This document shows, piece by piece, positions 19,099 to 28,486 of a stretch of DNA of 64,000 nt; position 1 is the first letter of the stretch; each line of letters begins with the position of its first letter. This DNA comes from Clostridia bacterium (lineage in GTDB: Bacteria; Bacillota; Clostridia; Oscillospirales; CAG-272). The position numbers and the translations under genes were made by a program. Below the pieces are notes generated by a model. The model was not told the origin of the DNA. It was given only the letters and a program-made list of their open reading frames with translations, and did not search any database. Where the stretch lies: the NCBI GenBank assembly GCA_017631085.1, contig JAGBTY010000020.1:9855-73854 (forward strand), written 5' to 3'.

Positions 19099-20238
19099 CT
19101 ACACAACGCTTATTTTAACGAAAATATACAGAGCAATTATGAACATCACGCTTGTCATTGCCACAACAGCTATAAGACAGGCGAACACGTTACCAAGCTC
19201 ACCGATAAACCCTGCCTCCGCGTCACTTCCTATCATATCAGCAACGGTCGATACGATCATAAATACCATCCTGCAAACGATAAGCGATATAAGAGTCGGG
19301 AGCAGAAGAGACACCAAAAACACGATACCGCTGACTCCAACCACACTCTTTATGTACCCTGCACTTGCCGCTACCGCCCTTAGAGTTTCTCCAACAGAAC
19401 CGCCCACCACGGGAATAAATGTCGATGCAGCAAGCTTTGCAGTTTTTGAAGCAACACCGTCAGCCGCCGATGCAACCTCGGTGGTTGCAGATAAAATGGT
19501 AAGCATTACCGTCATTATAAAACCTAAAAAAATGCTGTATCCTTTTTTTATTGCTCCCGATATACGTCCGAGCTTCATATCGGGGGATATACCCGAAACA
19601 AGTCCGAGAGCTGTCACGGTCACACATATCGGCATTACGCTTACGGCACATATGCCCTCGCTGACCGTTATAAATCCGTATAAGGTACTGCTTCCCGTTG
19701 CGGCACTATTTATGTTTCCTCCCATCGCCAATGTAGCTCCGAGCGCAGGAACCATGCAGAGCATTAGAGAATTAAGCCTTTCAAAATATTCGACAACGTC
19801 ATATATATGTAATTTGAGAACTTCAAGTATAGAGCAAAACACGACGCCAACCCTACAAATACCAAAAACTCCTGTCAGTGAGTCATTCTCAACAACCTTT
19901 CCAAGCGAACTTATCAAAGATGATATGATAACGATTCCCAAAAGAGTTGCGAATAAGCGAATTCCCTCTTTTGAATAAAACGAGAAAGTGTTTTTTATGA
20001 CGGTAAAAATATTTCTTGGATTTAAAAACTCGTCAATTCCATCTGCAAGCTCTGAAAGGTCATCGGCAAACATACTGTTTGGAAGAAGTTCCTCGCTTTC
20101 CTCTGGAAGCTTGTCTCGCGCCTCCGAAAGCTCATCGGGTAAAGTCATATTTTCTTCGCCGTATACACATATAGAAAAAAATGATATCACACATAAAAAA
20201 GCAAGGATAAATACTGTTTTTTTATATCTGCAAGTCAT
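19099..20238 (-). CDS. spoIIIAE: stage III sporulation protein AE
   Basis: Polytopic membrane protein with a signal-like N-terminus. The start at 20238 follows AAAGGA. The ORF-track start at 20295 would overlap spoIIIAD. Confidence 0.8.
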   Translation of the reverse strand: MTCRYKKTVFILAFLCVISFFSICVYGEENMTLPDELSEARDKLPEESEELLPNSMFADDLSELADGIDEFLNPRNIFTVIKNTFSFYSKEGIRLFATLLGIVIISSLISSLGKVVENDSLTGVFGICRVGVVFCSILEVLKLHIYDVVEYFERLNSLMLCMVPALGATLAMGGNINSAATGSSTLYGFITVSEGICAVSVMPICVTVTALGLVSGISPDMKLGRISGAIKKGYSIFLGFIMTVMLTILSATTEVASAADGVASKTAKLAASTFIPVVGGSVGETLRAVAASAGYIKSVVGVSGIVFLVSLLLPTLISLIVCRMVFMIVSTVADMIGSDAEAGFIGELGNVFACLIAVVAMTSVMFIIALYIFVKISVV

Positions 20239-20260
20239 AAAAAGATCCTTTGTTTTATTT

Positions 20261-20662
20261 TTATACTGACTGAAGAAGCTCAACAGCTCCTTCAAGTATC
20301 TCGTTTATGATAGGAATAGCAAGTGCCACGATCGCGAGCTTTCCACCAGTCTCTATTCCATCTGCTGCCACAGTCTCTCCAATATCTCTGCAAAGACTCG
20401 TGCAAATACCGCTGACATATGCAATGCCTAACGCTTTTACCATTACCTCCGCGTATTTCATGCCTCGGTCACCGAGTGTCTGTCTAAACAATTCGACAGT
20501 TTGTATCAAACTGTCACCGAAAAAAGCAAAGGTAATTCCAAATACCGCAACACCGCCTGCTATCTTTATTCCGAATGCCGCACCGCTTTTTAAATGTTCA
20601 AGTATTGCAGACGCGCATACGCAAACCAATGCAATGGCGCATATTTTAAAGACCTCCGCCAT
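20261..20662 (-). CDS. spoIIIAD: stage III sporulation protein AD
   Basis: About 130-aa protein with four TM segments and a typical ...GIAY...I....C.. core. The ATG at 20662 overlaps the spoIIIAC stop. Confidence 0.75.
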   Translation of the reverse strand: MAEVFKICAIALVCVCASAILEHLKSGAAFGIKIAGGVAVFGITFAFFGDSLIQTVELFRQTLGDRGMKYAEVMVKALGIAYVSGICTSLCRDIGETVAADGIETGGKLAIVALAIPIINEILEGAVELLQSV

Positions 20663-20663
20663 A

Positions 20664-20858
20664 CTAAAAATCAAATACGGCTCTTACCGTATCGAACAAT
20701 TCGCCTATCTCCCCCACAAGCATCAGCATAACAACAACTATCCCCGCAACAGTAACCAGCATAGCCTGTTCATCCTTGCCGGATTTATTCAAAATAGAAG
20801 CAGATGCCGAGACAAGCACACCAACCCCAACTATCTTCAAAATAAGACTAACATCCAT
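20664..20858 (-). CDS. spoIIIAC: stage III sporulation protein AC
   Basis: 64-aa protein with two TM segments (ILKIVGVGVLVS....IL..SGKDEQA..V..AG). Its operon position fits. Confidence 0.75.
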   Translation of the reverse strand: MDVSLILKIVGVGVLVSASASILNKSGKDEQAMLVTVAGIVVVMLMLVGEIGELFDTVRAVFDF

Positions 20859-20895
20859 TATATTCCTTTCCCCGCTCTTGCGTTTTCGAAAGCTT

Positions 20896-21390
20896 CTATA
20901 TCAGTAAAATTACAGGTATAAGAGTTCCCGTAATGCAAAGTGTTACGTTTCTTTTTTTCTTTATAGGAAGCTCTGCGGATATCTTCTCCCTGCGTTCGCT
21001 CAAAAGCTCCTCGTAACGTTCACAAAGCTTTATTTGCTCCTCTCGGTAACCCACGCCAAATTCCGAAAGAAATTCACAGAAAAGTCCTTTTACTTCATCA
21101 TCACCGACAAATGAAAAACTCCTCATTTCATTTATGTTACACGGCAATTCTTTCTCACAGTAACCGCAACCTGCCAAAAGCCTTTTCCCACGCGTGTCAT
21201 TTTTCATTCGGTCAAGTATTTTAGGAAGCGGAAGAGAATACATATCGACCATGTTTTTTATATATCTTATAACACCTATCATGCTGTCAACACCGTCAAG
21301 CACTATATCTGCTTTTCTATTAAGCTTCACCGATGCCACTATTCCGCATATGACGAAGATTACCGCCCCTGCTATTTTGAAGCCAATCAT
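20896..21390 (-). CDS. spoIIIAB: stage III sporulation protein AB
   Basis: N-terminal TM segment and about 165 aa. A strong RBS, AAGGAGG, lies 6 nt upstream of the ATG at 21390. Confidence 0.7.
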   Translation of the reverse strand: MIGFKIAGAVIFVICGIVASVKLNRKADIVLDGVDSMIGVIRYIKNMVDMYSLPLPKILDRMKNDTRGKRLLAGCGYCEKELPCNINEMRSFSFVGDDEVKGLFCEFLSEFGVGYREEQIKLCERYEELLSERREKISAELPIKKKRNVTLCITGTLIPVILLI

Positions 21391-22354
21391 CTACCGCCTC
21401 CTTACTGGTTATGTTATATTCGTATCCTTCCATTCCCGCTTTTCTTTTAATTCCAACGTAAAATCCGAAAACACCTGCATCGTGAAGAAGCTTGATCCCT
21501 TCACGCCTGAGCAGCCCCTCTACGCTACTTCCATGTGCTGACGCAACAAACGGAACTCCGCTGTTTTGAGCCGATGCTATTGCTTCTGCTTCGCTTCTTT
21601 CTCCTATCTCATCACATATTATCACCTGCGGATTCATACTTCTTACCGCGATCTCAATTCCCAATGCTCTCGGATAACCCGAAAGAATGTCAATAAGTCC
21701 ATCTCCGTTTCCAATGGAATATGTAAGCTCCTGTCTCGTATCTATAAGAGCAACTCTTCTTCCACCGTTTTGTATAGATAGATCGTTCGCAATATTTCGA
21801 AGAAGCGTAGTCTTTCCAACTCCGGGCGGAGAATATATAAGTATTCCCCGTTCCTCTTTGAGCAATAGTTCTGTTATTTCGCTACCGACACGAACAATAT
21901 TTTTAGGTATTCTGAAATTAAGAGCGCTTATGTCATATACTCCTATTATATTCTCTCCTTGACAAACAGCCCTACCGCATATTCCCACTCTTATTCCGTT
22001 CGCAACGGTTATAAAACCGTTTTTTATCGTCTCGCTGTGAGCATATAAGGAATCGTCGCATATCCTCGCCACAGTCTCGTCCATTTCCTGAGCACCAATG
22101 ACGGTTTTCAGAATTGTATTCTTGTCCGCCACCGTAAGAGAGGCTCGCCCATCTCTTCTTAACCTGATCTCCTCGGCAGAAAAGACAGATGCCGCCCCGT
22201 TCGTCTTTGATGCAAGCATTTGAAGCTCTTTCACAAGTCTGTTTGGCAAAACAGACAGCAGATATGCCGCGTTTTGTCCATTTATCGTATCTGTATTTCC
22301 TACGGTATTATGATTTCTTTTATCGACGATTATTGTCGCCACTTTTTCACCCAC
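21320..22354 (-). CDS. spoIIIAA: stage III sporulation protein AA (secretion-type ATPase)
   Basis: Walker A SPPGVGKTTLLR and Walker B VIICDEIG. GTG start at 22354, or possibly GTG at 22342. The 3' end overlaps spoIIIAB by 71 nt. Confidence 0.85.
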   Translation of the reverse strand: MGEKVATIIVDKRNHNTVGNTDTINGQNAAYLLSVLPNRLVKELQMLASKTNGAASVFSAEEIRLRRDGRASLTVADKNTILKTVIGAQEMDETVARICDDSLYAHSETIKNGFITVANGIRVGICGRAVCQGENIIGVYDISALNFRIPKNIVRVGSEITELLLKEERGILIYSPPGVGKTTLLRNIANDLSIQNGGRRVALIDTRQELTYSIGNGDGLIDILSGYPRALGIEIAVRSMNPQVIICDEIGERSEAEAIASAQNSGVPFVASAHGSSVEGLLRREGIKLLHDAGVFGFYVGIKRKAGMEGYEYNITSKEAVDDWLQNSRGGNLRHMRNSGIGEA

Positions 22355-22622
22355 CTTTATTTCTTGGTTAATTAATATGACATCTTTTTTTCATATATTC
22401 CTCTTCCGTCATTTTCTGCCTCTTGCTTAAGTTGTGTATTTCACATATTTTATACACTCAACGTTTTAAACAAAATACGGCATTTTTTTCACCTCTCTTT
22501 CACAAGATATTGTGTTGTTAACTTCGAGTTAATAATTTGTTAATGATATATTGTTGTTTTTGATTCGTCACTGTGGTAAAATTTATATGTATATTTATGT
22601 AAAAAAACATGGAGGTAAAAAC

Positions 22623-24449
22623 ATGCTTTATAATAACCAAAAAACTCCCGCTTTTTCGGGCGCTAACGGTATGCAGATCGGCTCTGAGCAAAGCAAAAAG
22701 AACAACTTTACTCTTTATGCCGACAACTCCGAAGCAAACGATTTCGACTCCTTTGACTCTTCCTATTCTTCTGGCGCTGAAAGACAAAGAAGACAAAATC
22801 ACAACCGTTCTCAAAGAAATGTCCCGCCCCCAAAAAACAATAACAGTACAAGAAATAAAAACACTCCTTCGATGTTTATTGCTCTCGGTGCTATAATCGC
22901 GGTTCTCATACTTATAATAGTGATCATAGTTGCGATCGTATCGTCAAACAAGAACATTACTCTCAAGAACAACGTTTTTGCATCATACACCGATTCTAAC
23001 GGTATCAATCACGTTGTTATAAACGGTAAAGATCTTGAGGAAAACACCTTTGAAAACGATATAGTTGTAACACCTGCTCTTGACCATTCATTTGCTTACG
23101 TAACAGAAGCTGTCACTGAGGGAGGCTATAACATTTACTATACAGACGGTAAGAAAATAAAGCCTCTTGCAATGGGAACAGTGTCTGAATGTCTTGCATT
23201 TGCTGAATATAAACCAGGTGTCATTTACAGAATGAGCAACGGTTATGTTTATCTCGGCACAGCAGATGACGGCGGAAATCACATTACGAGCTCACCCAAA
23301 GCAACCTCCTTTGTTATTTCAGGAGATGCTTCCACAGTTGCATTTAATGACACAGATGCTTCAGGTAATTCTATTCTTTCCAGATGGTACTCTAATAACA
23401 TTACGTCGATCACCACGGCTCTTCAGCCCGTTAAAACATCTATAGATGGCTCCCTCATATATTCAAGTGCTACGAGTACCAAGGATAATATTACAAAGGT
23501 TCTTTACGTTATTGAGTACGACGGTGACGAAGCCAAAACTCCTCATATGGTAAGCTTTGGCTTCGAAGACATACTTGAGATGAACGTTGACGGTGATGAG
23601 ATAATCTTTTCTGCTCCCACGGGAGATAGCATTTCTTCATACATATACAAGTATAAATCAAAGAAGCCTGATAAATATCAGCCACAAATAATAGGTAAGG
23701 GTGAATATCACGTTGCACAGATAGACAGCTCAGTCGTTTGTCTTGAAACATTCAAGGACGCATACCTTGAATGTGAAAACGTAGGCGCTGAAACGACCTC
23801 ATACATCGCGTGCCATGTAAAAAAACTTGACGAAACCCCAGAGCTTGTTTCCACAAACAAGGGCAAATTTACTCCCGACGGAAATTATTTCTACTACACC
23901 ATGGGAAAGACACTCTACAAGATAGATCTTTCAAAGCTTAAGGAAAAGCCCGTTTTCGTATTCAGCGACGTTGAAGAATTTGAGGTTACCTCAAAAGGAA
24001 GCGTTTATTTCACAGACAGTAACGACAGACTCTACTATCACAAGGGAAGCGCTAAACAGGGCGTAAAAGAAGCCGTCAGCGACAGCATATCTGCTATGTC
24101 TGTTCATGAATATACAGGAAAGCTTTACGTTGAAAACAGCACTACTCTTTCAATCAAAGTTTGTCAGGAAGAAAAGGTAAAGAATGACGAGCTGAAACTC
24201 GATTCCGATACGATCTCATCACTTCCCTTCTTCTTCGATCAAGCTACAAAGAATTCTTTTGTTGCGGTGTATGACAAAACAACGGGTTCATTCTCACTTT
24301 ACTACACGTCAAACGGAAAATCCTTCAAGAGCATTTGTGGCAATTGCTCGAAGATAAACGGAATTTCCGATCCAACGTATTTTTCAACGCCAAGCACTGA
24401 CGATATTATAGACGATAATATCGACGATACAGAGAACGCTGTAGGTTAA
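22623..24449 (+). CDS. single-pass membrane protein with a disordered N-terminus and a large extracytoplasmic domain, function unknown
   Basis: The ATG at 22623 follows GGAGGT. A TM segment (MFIALGAIIAVLILIIVIIVAIV) follows a Ser/Asn/Arg-rich region. The C-terminal ~480 aa have repetitive beta-strand-like Y/F-rich motifs. Confidence 0.6.
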   Translation: MLYNNQKTPAFSGANGMQIGSEQSKKNNFTLYADNSEANDFDSFDSSYSSGAERQRRQNHNRSQRNVPPPKNNNSTRNKNTPSMFIALGAIIAVLILIIVIIVAIVSSNKNITLKNNVFASYTDSNGINHVVINGKDLEENTFENDIVVTPALDHSFAYVTEAVTEGGYNIYYTDGKKIKPLAMGTVSECLAFAEYKPGVIYRMSNGYVYLGTADDGGNHITSSPKATSFVISGDASTVAFNDTDASGNSILSRWYSNNITSITTALQPVKTSIDGSLIYSSATSTKDNITKVLYVIEYDGDEAKTPHMVSFGFEDILEMNVDGDEIIFSAPTGDSISSYIYKYKSKKPDKYQPQIIGKGEYHVAQIDSSVVCLETFKDAYLECENVGAETTSYIACHVKKLDETPELVSTNKGKFTPDGNYFYYTMGKTLYKIDLSKLKEKPVFVFSDVEEFEVTSKGSVYFTDSNDRLYYHKGSAKQGVKEAVSDSISAMSVHEYTGKLYVENSTTLSIKVCQEEKVKNDELKLDSDTISSLPFFFDQATKNSFVAVYDKTTGSFSLYYTSNGKSFKSICGNCSKINGISDPTYFSTPSTDDIIDDNIDDTENAVG

Positions 24450-24467
24450 CAAACAAGAAAACATAAA

Positions 24468-24500
24468 TAAAGGACGGAGCTTTCTCCGTCCTTTTGTTTT
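24468..24500. terminator. bidirectional rho-independent terminator
   Basis: AGGACGGAG-cttt-CTCCGTCCT followed by TTTGTTTTT, between convergent genes. Confidence 0.6.
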
Positions 24501-25507
24501 TAATTTTCATTATATCTTTCAAGTGCCTCATGCGCAAGCTTTGCAACCTCTTCGGCTACGTATGGTGGAGATTCGATCTTCATTCGTCCTCCAAAAGATA
24601 ATACCCATGAATAAAAATTTGGGCTTAACATGACCTTTGCAGAAAAGGTAAATGTTTCTCCGTGATCACTTATAGTAACATCTCTTCCAAAGCGGTCGAT
24701 GACTACACCTGAAAGTGATGCGTCGCAATTTATGATGACGTTGCACGCCTCTCCTCCGTACATTCCGAATACCTGCTTACGATATACCGTCATATCAAAG
24801 TCGGAAAAACTCTGCGCACCATCTCTTTTTTCTTTGTCCATATAAAGCTCAATCATTTTATCAACTCTGAAATGCTTGATGCATTCAGCCTCGGAGTCAT
24901 ATCCGATAAGATAATAATTTTCGTCGTCCCACGAAAGCGCCCACGGACTTATTTTATAGAAATCACCGTTTCTTCTCAATTCCCGACGTTTAGATGCGGT
25001 CCAATCAAAATAACGAAAGCAAATTTTTCTGTTTTCCGCTATCGCACGATGGATCATATCCACGTTGCAAAATATCTCTTCGTTTTCCGCTTTCAATCTA
25101 CCCGACACAAGAACCTGTCTTCGAAGCTTCGCCGCATCATATTTACTCGCAAAGCCTTCCAGCTTTTTGATAAGTGAATTACTCTTTTTCTCTGTAATAA
25201 ACTTTGAAGATTCAACAGCATCAACCAAGAGCTTTAGCTCGGCGATCTCAAAGGTATGACTATCAAGATAGTATCTGACCTTCCTATCTCTCACTACCTT
25301 TATATCCATTCCAAAAAGCTTAAGCATTTCTATATCGTCATATAAGCTTTTTCTCTCCGAACTTATCTCATACTTTCCAAGCTCCTCGGATATTTCAGCA
25401 AGAGTCAAGCCGTGACTCTCATCTGTAAGCTCATTAAAAATACGCCAAAGATAAAGTAACTTCAGCTTTTGATTTGATCCCTTCGCCACAAGACTTCCCT
25501 CCTGCAT
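24500..25507 (-). CDS. WYL-domain transcriptional regulator (wHTH-WYL-WCX architecture)
   Basis: N-terminal HTH (LTLAEISEELGKYEISSERKSLYDDIEML). Central WYL-type core (ISPWALSWDDENYYLIGYD...HFRVDKM). An alternative GTG start at 25489 lies behind GGAGGG. Confidence 0.8.
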   Translation of the reverse strand: MQEGSLVAKGSNQKLKLLYLWRIFNELTDESHGLTLAEISEELGKYEISSERKSLYDDIEMLKLFGMDIKVVRDRKVRYYLDSHTFEIAELKLLVDAVESSKFITEKKSNSLIKKLEGFASKYDAAKLRRQVLVSGRLKAENEEIFCNVDMIHRAIAENRKICFRYFDWTASKRRELRRNGDFYKISPWALSWDDENYYLIGYDSEAECIKHFRVDKMIELYMDKEKRDGAQSFSDFDMTVYRKQVFGMYGGEACNVIINCDASLSGVVIDRFGRDVTISDHGETFTFSAKVMLSPNFYSWVLSFGGRMKIESPPYVAEEVAKLAHEALERYNEN

Positions 25508-25550
25508 TTATTATTATAATTTTATCACAGGCAAGGAAAAAAATCAAGTA

Positions 25551-25766
25551 TCAACCTGCTATAAGAGTATAAATAAGTATTCCTGCGAACATTAATATCG
25601 CTCCACCGATAGCTGAGAGCGAAAATCCCGAGCAGTTGCACGACTCGGATATAACACCCATCTCTTTCATTTCGTCCATATCGTTCACCTTTATCTCCTC
25701 TGTTTTGGAAGTTCTTTCAGTAGTATTAATCATAGCTCTGTAATCAAAATTAAGGTCTGCGTTCAT
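25551..25766 (-). CDS. small tail-anchored membrane protein (71 aa), unknown function
   Basis: The ATG at 25766 lies 7 nt after AAGGAAGGA. It has an acidic N-terminal half and one C-terminal TM segment (LSAIGGAILMFAGILIYTLIAG). It is co-oriented immediately upstream of the WYL regulator. Confidence 0.45.
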   Translation of the reverse strand: MNADLNFDYRAMINTTERTSKTEEIKVNDMDEMKEMGVISESCNCSGFSLSAIGGAILMFAGILIYTLIAG

Positions 25767-26103
25767 ATTGTTGTCCTTCCTTTCCGACAAATAAGTCTTC
25801 CAAAAACGAATAAAGTTTTTTGCTTTATTTCTTACTTTTTTTGATTTTTAATCCATTTTCGGAACTTTGCTTTCTATCTGTCTTGCAACTTCATTATACC
25901 ACATACTCTGTCCTATAAAAAGGACAATGTAAAATATTTTTTAATTTTTATTCCTTTTTAGGAATTTTTTATTATTTTTTCACTCAGATCAAAAATTAAT
26001 TATTTTGCATTTATATATTGAAATTTTTCGCCAGCTGTGATATCATATATTCAGGTCTATACGACCAAACCAACAACAAAAGCTTATAATCATGGAGGTA
26101 GCT

Positions 26104-26853
26104 ATGTCAAAAAAGATCAACGTCGTTATATGGAACGAATTCAGACATGAAAAAGAAATGGAGGATGTAAAAGTTCTATACCCCGACGGTATTCATGCTT
26201 TTATAAAAAACTTCCTAAAAAATAACGAAGACATGAATATAACACTTGCAGCGCTCGACGACAAGGATCAGGGGCTTCCAAACGAGCTTCTGAGCAAAAC
26301 CGACGTCCTTCTTTGGTGGGGACATTGTGCTCATAAGGAAGTAAACGACGAGCTTGTTGAAAAGATCCGCGCAAGAGTTTATCTCGGAAAAATGGGATTC
26401 ATTGCACTTCACTCCGGACACCATTCAAAGCCCTTTAAGGTAATAGTCGGAACAAACGGAAATCTCAGTTGGGGAAGAAATCAGAAAGAGATAGTTTGGA
26501 ATATGATGCCATCTCACCCCATCGCCGCAGGTATCCCCGACCACTTCATTCTTGAGGAAGACGAGCTTTACAGTGAGCCCTTCTATATTCCACAGCCTAA
26601 TGCCCTCGTTTTCGGTTCATGGTTTGAGGACGGCCACATCTTCAGATCGGGCGCATGCTTTATCAGAGGTGCAGGAAAGGTGTTTTATTTCCAGCCCGGT
26701 CATGAGACCTGCAAGAGCTACTATAACCCCCACGTTCAAAGAATAATCGAAAATGCTATTCGTTGGGCAGCTCCCACAGAGATCGGATACGAAATAACCG
26801 ACGAGTGTCCCGAGATAACCTCCGCAACTATTGCTGAATTTGATAAAAAATGA
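26104..26853 (+). CDS. ThuA-domain protein (trehalose-utilisation-like, class-I glutamine-amidotransferase-like fold)
   Basis: Contains INVVIWNEF.HE, D.LLWWGH..H..V and ALHS.H.SK.F, which are typical of ThuA. The ATG at 26104 lies 5 nt after GGAGG. Confidence 0.78.
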   Translation: MSKKINVVIWNEFRHEKEMEDVKVLYPDGIHAFIKNFLKNNEDMNITLAALDDKDQGLPNELLSKTDVLLWWGHCAHKEVNDELVEKIRARVYLGKMGFIALHSGHHSKPFKVIVGTNGNLSWGRNQKEIVWNMMPSHPIAAGIPDHFILEEDELYSEPFYIPQPNALVFGSWFEDGHIFRSGACFIRGAGKVFYFQPGHETCKSYYNPHVQRIIENAIRWAAPTEIGYEITDECPEITSATIAEFDKK

Positions 26854-26912
26854 CATTGTTTGTTAGTTTTGCACAAATTATATTTATAGCTTCAAAAAAT
26901 TATTAATTACTA

Positions 26913-26941
26913 TTTACAAATAAAAAATTATGTGATATAAT
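26913..26941 (+). promoter_or_regulatory. sigma-A promoter for hpf (TTTACA-17-TGaTATAAT)
   Basis: Near-consensus -35, 17-nt spacer, and an extended -10 TGATATAAT. Confidence 0.55.
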
Positions 26942-26992
26942 ATAGCCGAGGAGTAATATCCTCGGCTATATTTATTCAAGGAGGACATACAC

Positions 26993-27520
26993 ATGAAGGT
27001 ATCCATTATTGGAAGACAGATGAACGTATGGGATGAAATGAAGCTGACCATCGAATCCAAGCTCTCAAAGCTTGATAAATATTTCGATGACGAATGTACC
27101 GCCACGGCAACCTTAAGCTCAAGGCGGACACAGAAACGTCTCGAGCTTACAATAGTTTCCTCCGGAACGATCTTCAGAAGCGAGGTCGAGGACGAGACCT
27201 TTAGAAACGCCCTTGACAGAGCCATCTATTTAATAGAAAGACAGATCAGAAAAAACAAGACCCGCCTTGCAAAGCGACTTCGCAGTGGAGCATTTGACAC
27301 TGGATTTATGGAGACAGGAGAAGATTTCGAGGAAGAAGCGGAATTTACAATAAGAAAAAAATCTTTCCCGCTTAAACCGATGTCGGTAGAGGAAGCAATA
27401 CTCCAGATGAATCTTCTCGAACACGAGTTTTTCGTATTCAAGGACGATAAGACCGAGGAAGTTTGTGTTATCTACAAACGCCACGACGACTCTTACGGTC
27501 TGATAGAAACGGTTCAGTAA
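26993..27520 (+). CDS. hpf: ribosome hibernation-promoting factor, long form
   Basis: N-terminal S30AE/RaiA domain (I.GR.M.V.....I..KL.KLDKYF) and a C-terminal dimerisation domain (KPMSVEEAILQMNLLEHEFFVF...VIYKR.D..YGLIE). Confidence 0.9.
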   Translation: MKVSIIGRQMNVWDEMKLTIESKLSKLDKYFDDECTATATLSSRRTQKRLELTIVSSGTIFRSEVEDETFRNALDRAIYLIERQIRKNKTRLAKRLRSGAFDTGFMETGEDFEEEAEFTIRKKSFPLKPMSVEEAILQMNLLEHEFFVFKDDKTEEVCVIYKRHDDSYGLIETVQ

Positions 27521-27522
27521 TT

Positions 27523-27554
27523 AAAAAAAGGACTGCCTGCGGCAGTCCTTTTTA
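27523..27554 (+). terminator. rho-independent terminator of hpf
   Basis: AAAAAAAGGACTGCC-tgc-GGCAGTCCTTTTT. Confidence 0.7.
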
Positions 27555-27556
27555 TA

Positions 27557-27585
27557 TTGACAATACATTAATAATATGATAAAAT
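27557..27585 (+). promoter_or_regulatory. sigma-A promoter (TTGACA-17-TAAAAT) for the flavodoxin-like gene
   Basis: Exact -35, 17-nt spacer, and a -10 with one mismatch. Confidence 0.5.
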
Positions 27586-27621
27586 ATACGGTAGTTAATA
27601 AAAAACGCAACGGAGAGAAAA

Positions 27622-28140
27622 ATGAAGGTACTTATTATCTATGCCACACGCGGTGGGCTTTCAAGGAGATGTGCAGAGCTATTGAGAGACAGTCTTCCAA
27701 AGGTAATCGATGTCACGCTCCTTGATGCAAAGCACGATGCTCTTCCCTCGCCCGAGGGCTTCGACGTGGCAGTTGTAGGCGGCTCAATAAGAATGGGTGC
27801 GCTCAACAAAAAGCTAAAAAAATACATTAAAAAATACACCGCGGAGCTGTCGTCTATCGAGACTGCCGCGTTCATTTGTTGCGGTCATATAAATTACTTT
27901 GATGAATACAAGGATATCGAGCTTCCCAAAAAGCTCAAATGCTCTCTCGGTATACATTGCTTTGGAGGCGAGCTCAAACCCGATAAGCTCAAAGGAATTG
28001 ATAAGCTTATCGTAAAAATGATACGTTCCTCGGTAAAATACGAGGATTTTGAGGTCTCATTTTCTTCAAAGGATACACTTCCCGAAATGCTTCCCGAAAC
28101 AGTAACGAGACTTGCAGACAAAATACGTGACCTTCTTTGA
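27622..28140 (+). CDS. flavodoxin-domain protein (HemG-like/flavodoxin_5 type)
   Basis: MKVLIIYATRGG at the N-terminus and the overall ~170-aa alpha/beta pattern of short flavodoxin-like proteins. Confidence 0.65.
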   Translation: MKVLIIYATRGGLSRRCAELLRDSLPKVIDVTLLDAKHDALPSPEGFDVAVVGGSIRMGALNKKLKKYIKKYTAELSSIETAAFICCGHINYFDEYKDIELPKKLKCSLGIHCFGGELKPDKLKGIDKLIVKMIRSSVKYEDFEVSFSSKDTLPEMLPETVTRLADKIRDLL

Positions 28141-28227
28141 CAAACATACTGTATATTATAATCAAATTCAACATATAATATCACTTGTAGCACTTAAGTT
28201 TTGTGTATTTTTTCTCAAAACAAAAAC

Positions 28228-28256
28228 TTGACAAAACGCCCTAAATATGATATTAT
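28228..28256 (+). promoter_or_regulatory. sigma-A promoter (TTGACA-17-TATTAT) for tRNA-Lys
   Basis: Exact -35, 17-nt spacer, and -10 TATTAT ending 21 nt upstream of the mature tRNA 5' end. Confidence 0.6.
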
Positions 28257-28277
28257 ATATAGGTAGCTTCAAGCTAT

Positions 28278-28353
28278 GATCCACTAGCTCAGACGGTAGA
28301 GCACTTGACTTTTAATCAAGGGGTCCGGAGTTCGAGTCTCCGGTGGATCACCA
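28278..28353 (+). tRNA. tRNA-Lys (anticodon UUU), CCA encoded
   Basis: Folded by hand: acceptor GATCCAC/GTGGATC; D arm GCTC-AGACGGT-AGAGC; anticodon arm CTTGA-CTTTTAA-TCAAG; T arm CGGAG-TTCGAGT-CTCCG; discriminator A followed by CCA. Confidence 0.9.
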
Positions 28354-28354
28354 G

Positions 28355-28391
28355 AAAAGCAGAACATCATTTATGGTGTTCTGCTTTTTTG
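28355..28391 (+). terminator. rho-independent terminator after tRNA-Lys
   Basis: AAAAGCAGAACATCA-ttta-TGGTGTTCTGCTTTTTT. Confidence 0.7.
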
Positions 28392-28486
28392 TTTATCTTT
28401 CTTAACTAGAGCTCCTCAAATTCGCAAGAATTTGATTGACGTGCGATACGAGATGCTTAACATATGATAAACCTCCACGCACGTAT

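Noticed and set aside
19139-19978. 279-aa ORF on the plus strand opposite spoIIIAE. Similar long antisense ORFs occur at 20307-20921, 5016-5759, 40541-41089, 51013-51720, 34113-34712 and 2391-2933.
   Set aside because: Each lies entirely antisense to a gene with strong family signatures. They lack RBSs and have low-complexity or odd composition. They are typical shadow ORFs.
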